A stretch of DNA of 64,000 nt from assembly GCA_040954595.2 (NCBI GenBank), contig CM082583.2:6074849-6138848 (forward strand), in the 5' to 3' direction. The position numbers were made by a program, and so were the translations under genes. Below the pieces are notes generated by a model. The model searched no databases, was not told where the DNA came from, and worked only from the letters and a program-made list of their open reading frames with translations. This stretch comes from Balanoglossus misakiensis (taxonomy: Eukaryota > Animalia > Hemichordata). This document shows positions 28,734 to 43,747 of the stretch, piece by piece. Position 1 is the first letter of the stretch; each line of letters starts with the position of its first letter.

Positions 28734-28771
28734 CCCCCCCCCCCCCAAAAAAAAAAAAAAAAAAAAAAAAA
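28734..28771 (+). repeat. Abutting homopolymers C13-A25
   Basis: Direct reading. Confidence 0.9.
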
Positions 28772-31700
28772 TTAACACGTCCCAAGCAAAGGTACCCGAA
28801 AATTCTAACGCGTAGTCTGATCACATGACCTTGACATGCCATCTTTCGCTGTTGTAACGACCCTTGATTACTGCAGTTCAATCACTATCCTTGATAACCT
28901 GAATTAGGCGACGACGTTTTGTGCATGTTAACTATGAAGTGATAAACAGCACGCCGTGTAAAGCTGCATTCTCTCGCTTCTTTAGAGTTGTATAGCAACG
29001 AGCGTGATAGACACACAGTCATTGAACCAAAGTTATAAATATATACACAGTGTACATATCGTCCAAACAGTACAGACATCAATTCTTTACACTCAATATG
29101 GCGGAAATCAATAACCGCTGCGGACATTTGGCGTTGGTTACAGAGGATTTTGTATAAAGAGACCCGAATGCCAAAATTAGCCAAAATAGATCGCTTCCGT
29201 ATTCATCGACGTCTTGTGTCCAAGGTTGCTGGACTGAAATACCTCGGCATCTCGTGAGAACTTGCGCAAGATTGAAAATCATCAATTTACGGATCACGAC
29301 GACAGCAGATTTATCAACTCATCAGATAAACCCAGCATCGTTACAGTGGAATCAATAATCCATATGAAACATTGCGCAACCAAAGTTCATGACTTGCGGG
29401 CATGTTAAGATAACACAAGAGCGATATTATCAAGGTTCCGAGGTTACATATATGCTGTCGCTACCTCAGCGAATCCAGCCACAGTTACCATGGAAAGTGG
29501 CTGGAGATATACATGTAGCCAATCACAGGTGTTCCTGGCCGCCACGCGACCACGTGATCACTTAATCACTCCATTGTAACCATATATGGGAAAATGTAAA
29601 TTAGAAGTGAGAGCATTTCTCCAAAGGACCTGTCCACTAGTATTAGATGAAATATGCGCTTAGAAGTAATAATACTTTGCCCCAATATCATACGTCATTC
29701 TCGGCGTTTATAGCGAAAGAAACCAAATGAGTTTGATATGCTAATGTTTGGGTGAGACTCATTAACATCATATTATGATAATCAGATAATTGTGTGTTAC
29801 CACTGTTCGTATAGCATCACTAGAGTTTAGCTCTGATTTTATTTTAATTCAGACTTTCAGAATCATATCAGGATTTTCAGGGGGTTTTTTTCAGGATGTC
29901 GTTGTCGCGCAATTGGTGAATCAGTTCACCGACACTTTAGATTCTGAAACTTCCTAAAGGTCAAATTCATTTGCAGGCAGTTTGAGCTGTTTCCCCCATT
30001 TACATATTTATGGCATATAATGCACTGCTAATTTCCATATTTATTACTGGTTTCTTCACGTAGGGCAAGCCACATTATAAAGATAAATCACTTCGAGTTT
30101 TTTATGATTAGAAACGACGCTTCTTCATTGAGCGCTGCAAGCGGAGGATAAAATATGATCAAAATTACTCTCGAGAAAATTTGAGACGCAAATCCGCGAA
30201 GGAATAATTTCCATACCACTGATTGAATTTGAAACCAGTTTATCCCATCGTGTATGTGAGGTATGCTCTTGCAAAACTATTGAGCTTGCAAGACGTACAA
30301 GCAAGCGTGGGATGATGCTCCCACTAATGAAGATAATAAAGACAGAGAACTTCAAATGGACTATTAAATATCTAGCTCTATTTTTGGCGGGAAAGTACCG
30401 CAGCACATTTATATGAACTTTTACGAGTGCATGACAGATACGTCATTAGGACAACATTCTGTGCATTCTCATTGAAAGAATAATTAATCACCATAAAAGT
30501 TTCAATTTTTTTTACATTTTGCGCCAGTCGTGTGGATAAAAGCTAGTGGCTAAATGTACAAGTTTTAGCATTTTCGAGTCGTCCAAGAAATCACGTGGTA
30601 TTCAAATGCAGAGTGACGTTAAAAAATGAAATCAATGCAAAATTTGGCGGAGTGTCATATCGGGGCTAATGACTAATAAATATTAATGTACTGCTCGAGG
30701 AAATCTTTGTTTTCCACGTTCCAAGAGACCAAAATATGTGTACTCTGTTCAAGTTATTTAGATGACTTATGAATGCAATGAATATGAATTATCGCCTCAG
30801 CAATGCAGGGAACGTTTTCCCGATTTTACAAACGACTTCTGTAATAGGCTATTTGACACATATCCAAAAGAATAACCGAATATCAATGGGCTCACTGATT
30901 AATTGTGACGTCGAGTTGTACTTGCGCGCGTATACAGAAGCCATGAATCATGCGTATTTTTATTTTATTTGGTCGCCATAATATGTTTGATATTCACGAT
31001 GTGCAAGGTCGCCAGTCTTAAAGATTCAAAACACGCCAAACACACAACACGGCGTAAGTGCAAACTCTTGCCAAAGTGGATGAACACGACGTTGTTATGC
31101 AACGCCGATCTATATTTTCGTCTGTGTTAAACCAACATACAAGCCTATATTTCCGTGGCTTAAATGTACTGTAACACCAAATCAAAACGTGTGTACACTC
31201 TAGGTATATCCTTTACATATTACAAAGTAATAAAAAAGAAATTATCTCCGAGTTCAACAAATGTAAGAAAAAAACACTATTTGAATAGAAAGTATTCAAA
31301 GTGACAACAATGAATCATTCAGAACTTTCTCAAGACGTTTATGTCACGAAACGAACTTCACTGCCCCTATCACAGAGCTTTAAAAAGCTGACCTAGATTT
31401 TCTCCTCGAGTATGTCATCTTAACACTTCTACTTCATGTTGTCATGAACGAAATCGTCAAAACTTCTCTAAGACTTTTTTATTTGAATTAGAATACGCGC
31501 TGAAGACAGTCCAACCACTGCTGGATTAACCAGCTAGGGGGCTATAAATCATTTCTATTCCAGGGTGTTAATAAACATACCAAATTCAAATAAACAGTAA
31601 TATACTGAAATCCTAATGATTATATATGACCAGTGGTTTCGACTGCGTCGTGAATAATGGTCATTAATATTGCCCGATGAATGTCCGTCCAGGAAGGTAA

Positions 31701-34539
31701 GGCATAAGTTCCTAAACATGCTAAATTGAGGTCGTCATTTTCCTCGAGAGATGACAGAAACCAGAATCGGCAAAGAAATAAACACATTTCATCAAACCAC
31801 AATGGTCTCCGTAAGCACACATTACACTCAATAAAGTAGAAATAAATTACCTATTTGATCAGGGCACGACTTTAGGACTAACTCTAATCTACACGACGCG
31901 GTTGTGTGCGACCCAGTAGGGATATTCCCTCGCCATATAATGAAGCGATTTTACCTTGTGCGGCCTTTGTCATTGGGGTCTATTCCCAGGACGAAAGAGA
32001 GTGTGCGATTTGCTGGTGGTGTAGAAATGGGGTCGAGTTCATGTACACGGAAAGGGAGTGTATAACAGTTTAATATGCCTGAAGAGCACGATCAAATAAA
32101 CACAGACTATACTGAAAGAGAGGAAGTTTAATGACGAAGTGCTGACACGTATATGATTGTTTGTTTGAGAGGGTGGTCTGGAGGGGGGTGGCCAGTCCCT
32201 AACATGTACAAGAGCACGTATGATGTTTCCGACAGCGATGTACATGTACATGTATAGGGGATTAACTTTCTGTAACGGAGAGTACCGAGATGGGTTACAG
32301 ATAAAGCGTCATGCCATGAACAGAAACAATACAAGAATACAATAACCCTTTACTTATGTAGTCTTTCACGTTTGTCAGATTAGACACCCGGCATGCATTG
32401 CGAGAAACTCTTCCTGATTAATGGCTGCGATGTCAGTTATCTCATATTACAGTGGTCAAACGCATCCACCCAAGCAGAAAGATCGAAGTCTTTCAACCAT
32501 GTCCGGACGCAATTAAATAATACGGCGGAGAATGTAAGCAGTTCATTTCGTTAGTGATTCCATGAGTTGAATTTTCAAGCTCGATATCGATGTGGTACAG
32601 CGCGGTTTTAGCGATGACGTCAACCCAGTCTCAGAATACATGCAAGAGGGGCCCAATCACAGCAACCCTTAGATTTCATACTTGCTGCTAACAAATTTAG
32701 GCTGTTCATAAGCCAATGCTCCTGTGTATTTACAACGAGTTGCTGACAACTAATTAACAACCCAGAAAAAAAATTATCAATCGCCTCATTCCTTCTCCAC
32801 ACCTAGAAATGGCTTTGTGTTATCCGTTAGATTGCAAAAAACATGCAGACTACCAGAATTTCAAGATGGCTGACTTCTGAACTTCAAGATGGCTGCCCTC
32901 TGCTATGCACGACACTCTGTAGTGCATGCATGACCGAACTAGATCAATATTTAAGTCATACTGAAATTTTTCACTGGTTAAAATAATAAAGCGAGACAAG
33001 AAGCTGCATGGTTTCCCCATGTTACCAGATAAGACAACACTTTTACACACGAATACGTCATTAAACAAGATATTTATGTAATACCACTCCAAACTCGATT
33101 AGTTGTCGAATTTTTAACCACTTTACCAGAATGCTATTTGACAACTTAATGCAAATGTGATAAGATATGTTTAATTGCAAGTTTCTTGGTTAAATAAATG
33201 TTTTCACAAATGAGCAACATATCATCGAAATACCTTTCTCTATGGATTTGTATTAGCATACGACCAAAAACTCTGTGAACGGTTCATTGTGCACATTCCA
33301 CGCAACAGTGGTTTCAACTTTGTCCACTTAGCGCTATTTAACTTGACAGGCCCATTTCATGTTGTAAAACGACGTTACCATTTGCTTTTATTTCAGCTAT
33401 TAAGTCAGGTTTCGCGCCGTTAGATAACTGACAATGAAATCTGGGTATTTGATATTGTTCAGTCGTTATGGCAGGAAATGTGCACTTCTCCCTGTACACC
33501 TTATTCGGGACAGCCTCCCTCTTCCGCATGGCCGCCCGTTGACATTTTAGGAAAGTGCACTGCACTAACCATGTTCCGAGCCAATGAAGTAACCATAGAC
33601 GGGAAACCATGCTTACCGATGCAGAATCCCCGGTTTAATTGACTGTTGGAATGACTGTATGAGACAATTCAGGCCTCAAAATTATGACGGAAGAACAACT
33701 TAACTTGTTCTGATGATCAGAGCTGGTTCAGGCGCCGACAACTTCACTGGACAGGTCGGCGTGGGCAGATTTCCGATATTGAACCAGGCACTGGCATCGC
33801 AAGTGAAGATGGTTTGCACTGTCAGCAACTACCCGGATGTTCAGTTCGAAGCGTGATCGAGTGTGCAGTGGGCCTCGTCGCCGCTGCCTTTTGGGACTAC
33901 TCGTCGAACAGGCCACCTGTAAAATAAACTAACAGGTGTGATTGCTAATCGCGATATATTTGCCGAGTGTCGCAACAGGAGCAAGACTTCGTCGCCTCAA
34001 AAAATGACAATGATTTGTGTTCAAATCATGCGCCGGGGCTTGCAAGCTAAACTCATTACGCTGCTGAGCTGACGGGTCTAATTTTCTAGATTATGATCAC
34101 GATAACTCTCACACTTTGGAAGGACAAGCAATCACGGGGTTAACATGGAAACACATTCATCTGTCAATGACCACCTGAAAAGACAATCTCGAAAAGTTGT
34201 GCAGGCGATCGCTGCGACTGGCGAACAAAACGAATTTTATCAGTCTTGAACGGTTACCTATACTGTAGGTTGAGTTTTCTTCGGTTCGGTACGAATGACT
34301 TCAGTTATTGCCCTTATGAGCCAGAACTCTCTCCCAAATGTTCAAGCATTACAGTGATAATTGACGTATTACTTTTAATATCAATTTCATGCAGTCACCA
34401 GATTTTCATTTTGAAATTCATGACAGGGTCGATACTCGAATATGTGCGAAGCGATACTCTGTAGGGAAGAAAATATACAGGTATAACGATTTATAAGGAT
34501 ATCTACATCTGATAACTTTAAGCGTTTGGAAAACATCAC

Positions 34540-35390
34540 CATTCAGCTGTAGGCTTATTTTTTTACCAAAATCGGTTCACGCCGCTACGAGTCTATACGG
34601 TATTATGGTGTTATTCTACACATTTGGTTAAGGATAAATTCTCAGGTATTCTATGCAGACAATGATCAGAGTGCTTGAATTCCTCATAGACAGCTTATTT
34701 GTTGAATTTAGAGGACAAATTTACCAATAAGTACAGGGATTCTTATGTGTATACTGTGCCCCCTCTTGCTGAATAGCTTCTGCATTCATATGAAGTAGAA
34801 TTTATCCAGACCATAGTCAGACAGAAGAAGGTCTCTGTATAGCTTAAAGGCTTTTAACTTTTACATTCTGATACATAGATGATATCATTTCTCAGAAGGA
34901 TCATATATTCAGAGACTATTTCCCTTATGATTTATCCTCCTGAATTGGAGATTAAAGAAACTACAGATTCGGCTTCTGCGTTGTTCGATATTTTTCTTGG
35001 ATTTACTCCTTGCAGTCACCTTTCTACTATAGTCTGTCTCGAAAGAGACATGATTTCAACTTTTACTATCATCAATTTTACACAACTTGACTGTTGAGGT
35101 GCGGTAGTTCATTGCGTACGGTGCACTATAACGAGAGGAAGCGATAGCTTGTTTTCTGTACAGTCACTTACTTTATTGGACACCAACACGTGTAGTGGAT
35201 GAACATCACTGACCAAGTCTGAACTGAGTTGCACACCCACAAGAGCGGAAAAACCCCACCAAGCTTACATAACGCATACATGCATAATTAGACTATTATT
35301 TACATATCAAAGAAAGTGACCATCTGGGTAAAGTTCAGTTTACTCCAACATTGACAGTAAAATTGCACTCTCGCCAGCCTATGTTGTCCA
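34540..35390 (+). pseudogene. Decayed Penelope-like element reverse transcriptase fragment, interrupted by a solo LTR
   Basis: Manual translation across stops and frameshifts from 34662 gives VLEFLIDSLFVEFRGQIYQ*, GILM...CAP, LLHSYEVEFIQ, FTF*YIDDIIS (YIDD at 34872-34883), IYPPELEIKETTDSASA, DFNFTIINFTQLD|SKIALSPAYVV. This follows the motif order of invertebrate Penelope-type RTs (GIPMGxxCAP, YIDD, IYPxELE, DDFNF..VNFPxLxSNIPxxPAYGV). Boundaries approximate. Confidence 0.8.
35092..35350 (-). mobile_element. Solo LTR, 259 bp, 5-bp TSD (BEL/Pao- or Copia-like)
   Basis: TGTTG...CAACA termini. TTGAC duplicated at 35087-35091 and 35351-35355. AATAAA on the minus strand near 35172-35177. Removing the element restores the RT reading frame. 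Confidence 0.85.
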
Positions 35391-38300
35391 GCACGGACGG
35401 TAGACCACATTATATTTTGCCGTTAAGGATTTTTAACATGCCACCATTTTAAGGAGACTTACACCTTCACAAATTTAATAAATGCTGTTAGATGACGTGA
35501 TAAACTATGGGGATTTGATTAGGAAAAATAGTTGTTATTGGCTGACTATGAGGGCGCGAGTTCATTCGTATCGCAATCCTTCATACATGCCAAGGATATA
35601 TGAATTATTTGTGAAAGCCATCACGTTTATACGCATGATAATAAGTTTATCGTTCCTGCGATTATACTGCGCGAGGGTAGAATCAACAGATTTTGCCTCC
35701 GTTAGTTTGTGTCTGAGGGACAGCACATTGTGTTTTTCCTAATCAGTCATGCCTGGATAGACGCATCTTAAGAAAAGTGTAAATGTCAACCTGTTTAGGC
35801 TGATTTACCTTTAAAAATGCCATGAACACGTAATTTGCGGCGCGACTCCGTTGTAATTACGCCGTGTGTAAAGGCAGCAGTACCCCCTCAAGCAGACGCT
35901 GACATATGACCCCCGTGTATAGTAATGACTATACGGTCCTCGGGGGAGAGAAAAAAAAGCATTATTCCTGTATGTGTGCGTCACTCGCTGTGAAATTGAG
36001 ATGGAACAGTATTTTCATTTTTGCCATTTTGCAACATGTGCAGCGGGCATGTGCAAGTCCAGAATTAGCCAATTGTCAGTAACGTGAGACGCCAGCCCAG
36101 TGAATCTGTCAGACCACACGGCATACTCGATGAATATGTTAACTTGCTCGGTCGACCTTGCGATCTCTTCAACCACAACAAGTAATTGTCATGCGCCGTT
36201 ATCGTCTATTTTTTTATATTTCTTCAAAACACGTTCAAGCTTCTTGCTCTTCTTCAAACAATATTGCTTTAGTGTTCGCTGACGTAAAGTCACGAAATGA
36301 AGCGAAAAATATGAAATATTTTTGTCAGATGAGGTTGTCCAGATATTTAATAATTTAGCCGTTCCTGAACAATTATAACCGTCACGCGTCACATGTTGGC
36401 GACAGTGTAATTTGTGCATATTTTCCGCATTCTTCAGACACCGCCGTGATAGGTGAATCTCGTCAAAGGAAATTGATTTCCTGGAACAGCGGAACTGTGC
36501 GTGAAATTCAATTATTTCCCGGCGACTATAATCAAAGAAACAACCCATGATACAAACTATCTCCTTAGTTGGGCGATTTTTCGGTCGCTTTTCAAAACAA
36601 CGCGGAGAACCATTGTTTTTACATATAGACTATTGCCAATTCCCGTCTTTGCTGTTATCCGGACTTTTAAGCGGGGAAAGACAGAATTGGTCTTAGATCT
36701 GTGTTATGTAACTTTTAACCAGCTGCAATGAACACAGGTTAAACCTATCGACACCAGTTAAGAAAATCAAAGTATTTTTGCAGACTGCGTGTACGTGCCG
36801 GTCGGCCGGCTATACGCTTAAAACATTTAATGCATCGCAAATGAGATCGGTCTCGATGCCATTCAGGTTCTTGCTTGTCTTTGGGTTTTGTTGGCGATTG
36901 CATTTTAACCGCTTTCCAAAAATACCCTGATGCGATACACGTGGGCAGTATTATCTTCTCCGGTAAGCCCGTCATTTTAGCCGAATATATATACATTAAA
37001 ATCGTTGATCTGTCGGAGATGTGAGTAATACTGGCGGCAACGCTATCTTACTCAGACGAATACAAAATCTGGAGAAAATCCTCTTAGCGAGCGAGTGTGG
37101 GGTTGGGGGGAAATTTCGCAATCTCAATTCATTTGCCTTTCATAGGAATGTTTGGATGCATTCAAGTCGGCTAATCCCCCGCCGAACAGCTCCTACCACG
37201 ATTACATTGCATATTTTCCAAAATATAATATCATCTACATTCTAATTACGGAGCGGGTATGAAAATGTAAAAGTGCTTTTCAAATATTTCCTTTATGCTT
37301 TAATCATGTCGCGTTCAATTTTGCTCGTCACGTTTTGAAGCCCCAAACACGTTGAGACATTCCCGCTGCAGTGATTGTCCGCTGCAATAATCACGATTTT
37401 CGTCGGAACAACTTTACAAAGCCATTTCTTAGGCTGCTTACATTCCTGCGAAGCTTGCAGATAAACATAAGCCCAGCAAAAACAACTTCGAAACTCTCTT
37501 TCACTGAAAACGGTGTGGTTTTGTTACTTTTACTTTAAAACCCAATTCATGTGAAGTTTTGCGGTGATCAGGACACGTGCCTTGCATGGTGTGTGGTGTG
37601 ATACAGTAAACTGTTGTACACGGGATTGTCGTATGCGATAAACGGCGAGGGATGTAACCATGTCGGCACTGGCGAAATGTCATGTACCGTTAAGGTTATT
37701 TTTTCCCGTAATCTAACCTCTACAAAGCCGCTGATTTTTTTTAGGTTTATCTTTATTTGTCTTGTTCATTCATTCATTCATTCATTAGACTATTCATTTT
37801 ATTGCATCAAAGTACTCGGAGTACATTTAATGCTTTTAATTCGGATCCGGTCCTATACATTATGCTGGGGCATTTATCATAAACCATGACTAATATAATC
37901 ACGTGCCATGCCCGAAGAATCTGTCAGGAAAAGTTGGTTCAAGTAAGACTACTGCACGTGCGCCCTCTAACGTCTTTTTCGTAACAGAATAGGAAGCGGC
38001 TAATTTCAGAGTGCTGGTTAGAGAAACGATACTTCCCCGACAAATATTTAAGTTATGATTAATATCCGTGTTTTTCGCCGACCTTGTCTAACTAATGCTT
38101 CCCTTGAGCAAACCGTTGCTAATTGAGCGACGCCTCGCTGTCTGCCTCGCTCCACTCAGTGGCGTTCGCTCCATCGGGGAATGGGTTTCGCACAGATCGA
38201 TGTTTGCCGGGGGAGCAGCGAACGTCCTCTCTGAATTATGATTTCATTTCAAGACCACGGGGGAAAACGGTGGCCTGTCCTTCACGCGACGGTATACTCT

Positions 38301-41300
38301 CGGTAAACATTTCCGGCGGAAATCGTGCTGCAGCACCCCTAACGAACCGTACCAAAGTTTCCGGAATGTTTTCCAAGTCGTGTGATCCCTGTTGTTTACA
38401 GTGATGCCGGGTAAACGACGACAGCCACATGCAAGCTCCGTGGTTGTGTGAGAAGAATGCGTATTACGCGGGCGTTCCCTCCTTCAGTGTGTGACATGAC
38501 AGTCTAATTTACCTTATAGGGCCCGCAATTGTGATAATAGCTCCCTCTTTTCCTCAAGTGTTGTCACAGTCCTTACATTTTAATCGCTGAAGTAAAATCA
38601 TTCTCCAGTTCCAAGTACTGCGTAAAGGCGGCGGCGGTGACATTTTCTCTCGGCAGAGGTCAACTCTGGATCAAATTATTTCATTATTGCCTATTGTGGG
38701 TCAAAAGATCAACTGCGCTGCCTGCCAAAGAGCTCGGCCCATGTCATAGAAAACTGTTTGTGCAAATATTCAGGGGGAGGAGATCACGAATAGTTTATTA
38801 GGGGCTGCTCACATTTTTTATTAATAATTACAAAAGTCGTGAAATTTTCTTCTACTGTTGCATTCTTTGTGTTTTGTAAAATATTTGCATGAAAATGAAA
38901 TAATCAAACCATCCTACGCCGAAATTCAGATCTACTTCCGCCAAATAAGGCCCAGATTAAGAAGGCAACCTATGCTTTCTATTCGAAGCATCGTTGACTT
39001 GAACTCGCAACAAAAGAGCCGCATTTTGCTGACGTCGGACTTTGCTTCAATTAAACCCCAAACACATATATTTCGTTCGCCTAATAGCATGGTCACCTCC
39101 TCTGCCAAGAAAACATATACATTCGCGCTACTTTCCCTCGCTCTCCAACACTGCCGTGCCAGCAACAATTTCGTCAGCGTGTGCGTCATCACCGTCGGCG
39201 TAAAAAACTCGCTTTAAAGGGAATCGTTCAGATTATTGTCTTTTTTTAATGCGCAGTATTCTATCAGATATAAATAGCCAGAAGTTATGTCAGCTGCAGT
39301 ATTTAACTCACCAGTAATCTGCTTCTCACTCGGCGGCTGAGTAATAATTTCGGGTTAATCATCCAAATCCCCGGATGCTATCCCTTGAAAACCAATGCTA
39401 TATAATGTTATAAGGATAATTGACTGTCTTTCGTGGCGGGAGTCGAATAACTGCCGCTCTGAGAATTTTTAATATTTAACGAGGAAACGACAATTTAAAG
39501 AATGTATATCAATATTTTAATACCGCATTTGAGAGCTAAGTATAGCAATGCTGCGCACATCACGCGTAAAACGATTTGATAAATGTCAGATGATAATCAG
39601 TATTTTGATGTATCATAAACGTATAAATATACACACACTGTTATGTCTCATAGCCGTTTCAAGCTTCTTGAATTACCGGTGCATTGAATTCTATCTTCTT
39701 CGACTTTTGTTGAAAGTCCAGAGATGACATTTGCTGACAAGACGCACATCACGAAGGCAATTGAAAAATTATCATGGACTGACTCAGGGCGTGACCGTTG
39801 AAATGTCGGTAGGGTTTGAGGAAATTATAGAGGGCCGGGTAGTTGATAAAAATAAGTAGAGCGAGCCGATTTTTTATCCCGCGGCTTTCGATATTCAGAA
39901 AGAAATAAATCAAATTCGACTATGGGGACGTGTTTGCGAAGCCGCATGCACTTCTTGTGACTTTGAAGTAACGTGCGCAAAATTTGTGTTTCTTTTGATA
40001 CATGAAGATTTGATTCAGATCAAAGTGAGCTTTTATTACCGGAGGTATATAGAGGAGAATGTTGGCAAATTTCATACGCGACCATAAAAGGATTGGGTGT
40101 TTATGTCACGAAAACTCAAACAATATCCGAAGAGTGCTGCTGCCAAAGACGGCTGTATCGTGTCTTTGTAACTAGACAAGGGTTCCGCTGGGCGGTCGTA
40201 GGCATGATAAAATCTGCCAACTTGGTAAATATGTATGTATGAGACGATTTATAGACACACACAATTAAAACATATTAATATAGCAGCGAGTGCGATACGA
40301 ATCACGGAAGTCAATTGGCTCGCTTTGGGTATCGTTCTACCATAAAATCCTTGGGGGCGTATGACTAATACAGATTGGTGATTATCTGCAGGATGTCAGC
40401 GATAGCAGTATATACAAACTCTGACGTTATCAAGATGTTGACTAGTAAATATTCCAGGTTGAATGTCCCCCGTTACATGCGTACTTACAAGAACCACAAT
40501 TTATGGGACCTCAATGTACATGTACATGTGGTGTTAAGCATATTGGATGAGATCTCGTTCAATATTTGTACGCTGCCCCCATTAAAAGTTTTCGGACAAA
40601 GTTTGTGGATGTTAAGCACATCACTTAGAAAACTCACTGCATAGAATTACGCAATACATTATTAAAGAAATCACGCCCATCACGAATAGCTATTATGTGA
40701 GTTCACGACTGTTTTCATAGTTTTGTCGAACATCATTTGTCATCAATGTGGAGCCACACACTAACCCATGCAGGAGTGTTTGTTTGCTGTGTCGTTTCAC
40801 GTGACTGTACGTAATTCTCCCTTGTGCTTAGCTTGGCATAAACAGGCGCCAGCGAACGAATCGCCGCTTTCAAACGACGGTGATTCTCCCTCGACCTGAA
40901 CAGTAACCGATTCGGTTGTCATGGCTACTAATGATACAATAAACCCGTGTGTTTTTGCATATAGTATTGGACCTACTTTCAAGGGGTTCGTAAGTGCCAT
41001 CGATAAACTGCCTGTGTGTGTCCATTGCCAACTCGACCCTGATATTTTTTTTTCAGAAATGTGTAGAAGAGTGCTGCTTGAACCATGTATCAATCCTCAT
41101 TGACTTTGCCAAACACGATGACGTCTTGAATTAAAAATCGCACAGAATGCATTCCCTTACAGAAATGGAATCCAGAGTTGTACAGCCTTCCTCAGTCAAT
41201 TGTCCTCAGCGACGGTCGTAGCAATAACGAGTCTTTTCCATGCGTGCGTGGGCCGACGTCTTTTCCATCTGACATCCTCCCACAGGTGGAAGTTGCCATG

Positions 41301-43677
41301 GAAACATATTCCGAAAAGACCCTTGATTATTTCGACTTCAGCGTTCATGTTTTTTTTTAAATAAAGCTATGACGTTCATAAAAATGACGCTGTTTACATG
41401 TTTCGACGCCAAAAGCACACGTCACCTCGACAAAGATGTAAATACGTATGACGTTCTGTCCTTTGGTTATTGATGCGTAACTCCAACGTAATGGTGCGAG
41501 TAGACTCTCAAGTTCCTATTTTGACGTGTAATGCACGTCCAATTTGTTATGCGCTGTGGTATTTGTTTTATTTTTCATTGATTTGAAAAGACTTTGTACA
41601 TGAACCACGTAAGTGATTTGGAACACAATTTCAAGTAAACAAATTTCCAGACGTCATTAGAAGTCCCCTTAGTGTATTTTTCCGCCCATGCCTTGAATTT
41701 ATTAAGAGGCAGACCTTACATCAAAACTTAAATGTCGGCGAAACATGCAGCACTGTAATTTCAAAAATCAAAGTAAATTTAGATTTGCCTGAGTGTGTTC
41801 GCGTGATTGACGGGTGAGGTTTAAATGGTTTGTTTTTGTGCCGTACCTACAGTCAGTACTGGGGAAATGCACTCTTGTTTTTGGCCGTGGCAAGCGTGAC
41901 CATAATTAATCTTAAAAATTCAAACGTGGAACATTGCATTTAGAGTGGAGCCCCGTTTAGATGCATACATCGTTTCAATCTGCCACACTGAATTTATCCA
42001 TTACCAGAAATATACTTGAAAATACATTCGAATTAAATATATGAAAATAGCAGCCCATTATCACAATTCTGTAGGTCCTTAGTCTTGCATTTAATTTGAC
42101 GCAATATTGCCCTATTTGCAATTGAACCCATAAAGTTCAACCTAATCGCTGTTTTCCTAAATATATTGTACTCTTCTATAAAGCAGAAACAAAATGAATG
42201 AATATGTTTGCGTCAGAACTCTTGGTGATCATGGTTACTTATTTCATATTATATAGAAGTGGGCCGGTATTGAGAACTGCCAAAACTTTTTAAAAGTTGC
42301 CTTCAACTTAAAACCTATAGCAGCATTTCATTTGGAAAAGAAACGTGATGTTCATACCATGGAACCGTATTTCCATTAAATAGCCAGTGTATGTTTTTCT
42401 GTATATCAAATGTCTGATTTCACTATAATTGTATACCAACCATGACCAAGATGCATTTAACATTAATTCATCCTTCCTTCCTTCCTTCCTTCCAGATGGA
42501 TGATCGCTCTACAGAAATGTCACCATGACAAATATTTCTAATCACGTCCAGGCCAACTAGAATATACTTCTCACTCTCTCATGATTACTCTCCGCCTCGG
42601 CAGAATGAAGCCTACGAGTGAAGTCCTACCCCCGAAGATGCACTTAAATTCTAGTGTAATACAAAAATGAGAGAAAACTATTGAACTGGAAATATGTCCG
42701 TCTCTTGTATGGAATATCAAACATTGTTTTTTTCTTTTCTGTGTAAAGATTTCTGTCATTTCAATGTGCATACAATATGCCTCCAATCACATGGAATTCT
42801 AACTGAAAGTCGTAGTTTATTATTGAGTAGTTTGTCAGTTTGGGGCATGCTTGTTTCAAGATCCTGTGATGCGGAAGACAATTTGTAGTCGAGTTTTTCT
42901 CTCTCCACATTGTGTTCTGTGTTAGAATGGTGGATTGTTTCATTCTTAATTCATTAATACGTGACTGCTGGTCTATCTGTAAATATCGATCACATGTACA
43001 TGTATGGACAGAAAATCATGTCTAACAACACCCAAAATACGACATACATCATATCTCGTCGTGCCAAAGACGCCATCTTGGATTCTTATTTCGCGACTGC
43101 AGACTAGTTATATGATGGCAAAAGTCTAAGCCCCCCTCGGTCCTAACCGAACCAGGTATTGATTAAACATCGTTAGGCATCGGTCCCTATTGCATTTATG
43201 GCTATAACACCAATTAGATTGGCAACAGTTCAACCACAAAATGTCGGCGAACAAAGTAGCACGATGATCAAAGCGTGTCTTTCCGAATTCAATAATGGAG
43301 TCAAGTCCTTTGAGGGCGGATGAAATGAATCTCCCCGTAAATGCATTTTCTGGAATGTCAAATGGTTGTCGCTATACTCGGTGTGTTCTCTATTTGTGGC
43401 GGGAATCGCTCTATGAATGTAGTATTCTTGTGAAGGGGCACTCTGCAAACTATGCCATTGGGATTGGGGGGTTTTATTCGGGAAACGATGAAGCAATATG
43501 TAATTCCTTGCATGAGATTATAAATGTGCGACACTCGTCAAAATAGCCACGTGCTGAATGTCAGAATGACAAAATCTACTAAAAATGCCAAGAGTATGCA
43601 AATGGTGGTAAAATCAACAAAGTATACACACATAGCATCAACATACATAACAACATGAATAGCAACAGCAGGTAGAC

Positions 43678-43678
<1 letters not shown>

Positions 43679-43747
<69 letters not shown>
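43679..43747 (+). repeat. (GACA)n microsatellite, ~17 units
   Basis: Direct reading. Confidence 0.95.

Noticed and set aside
25738-33726. 17/19-bp match gttctg(g/a)t(c/g)atcagagctg at ~25738 and ~33707
   Set aside because: Matches of this quality are expected by chance in a 64-kb self-comparison, and the homology does not extend.
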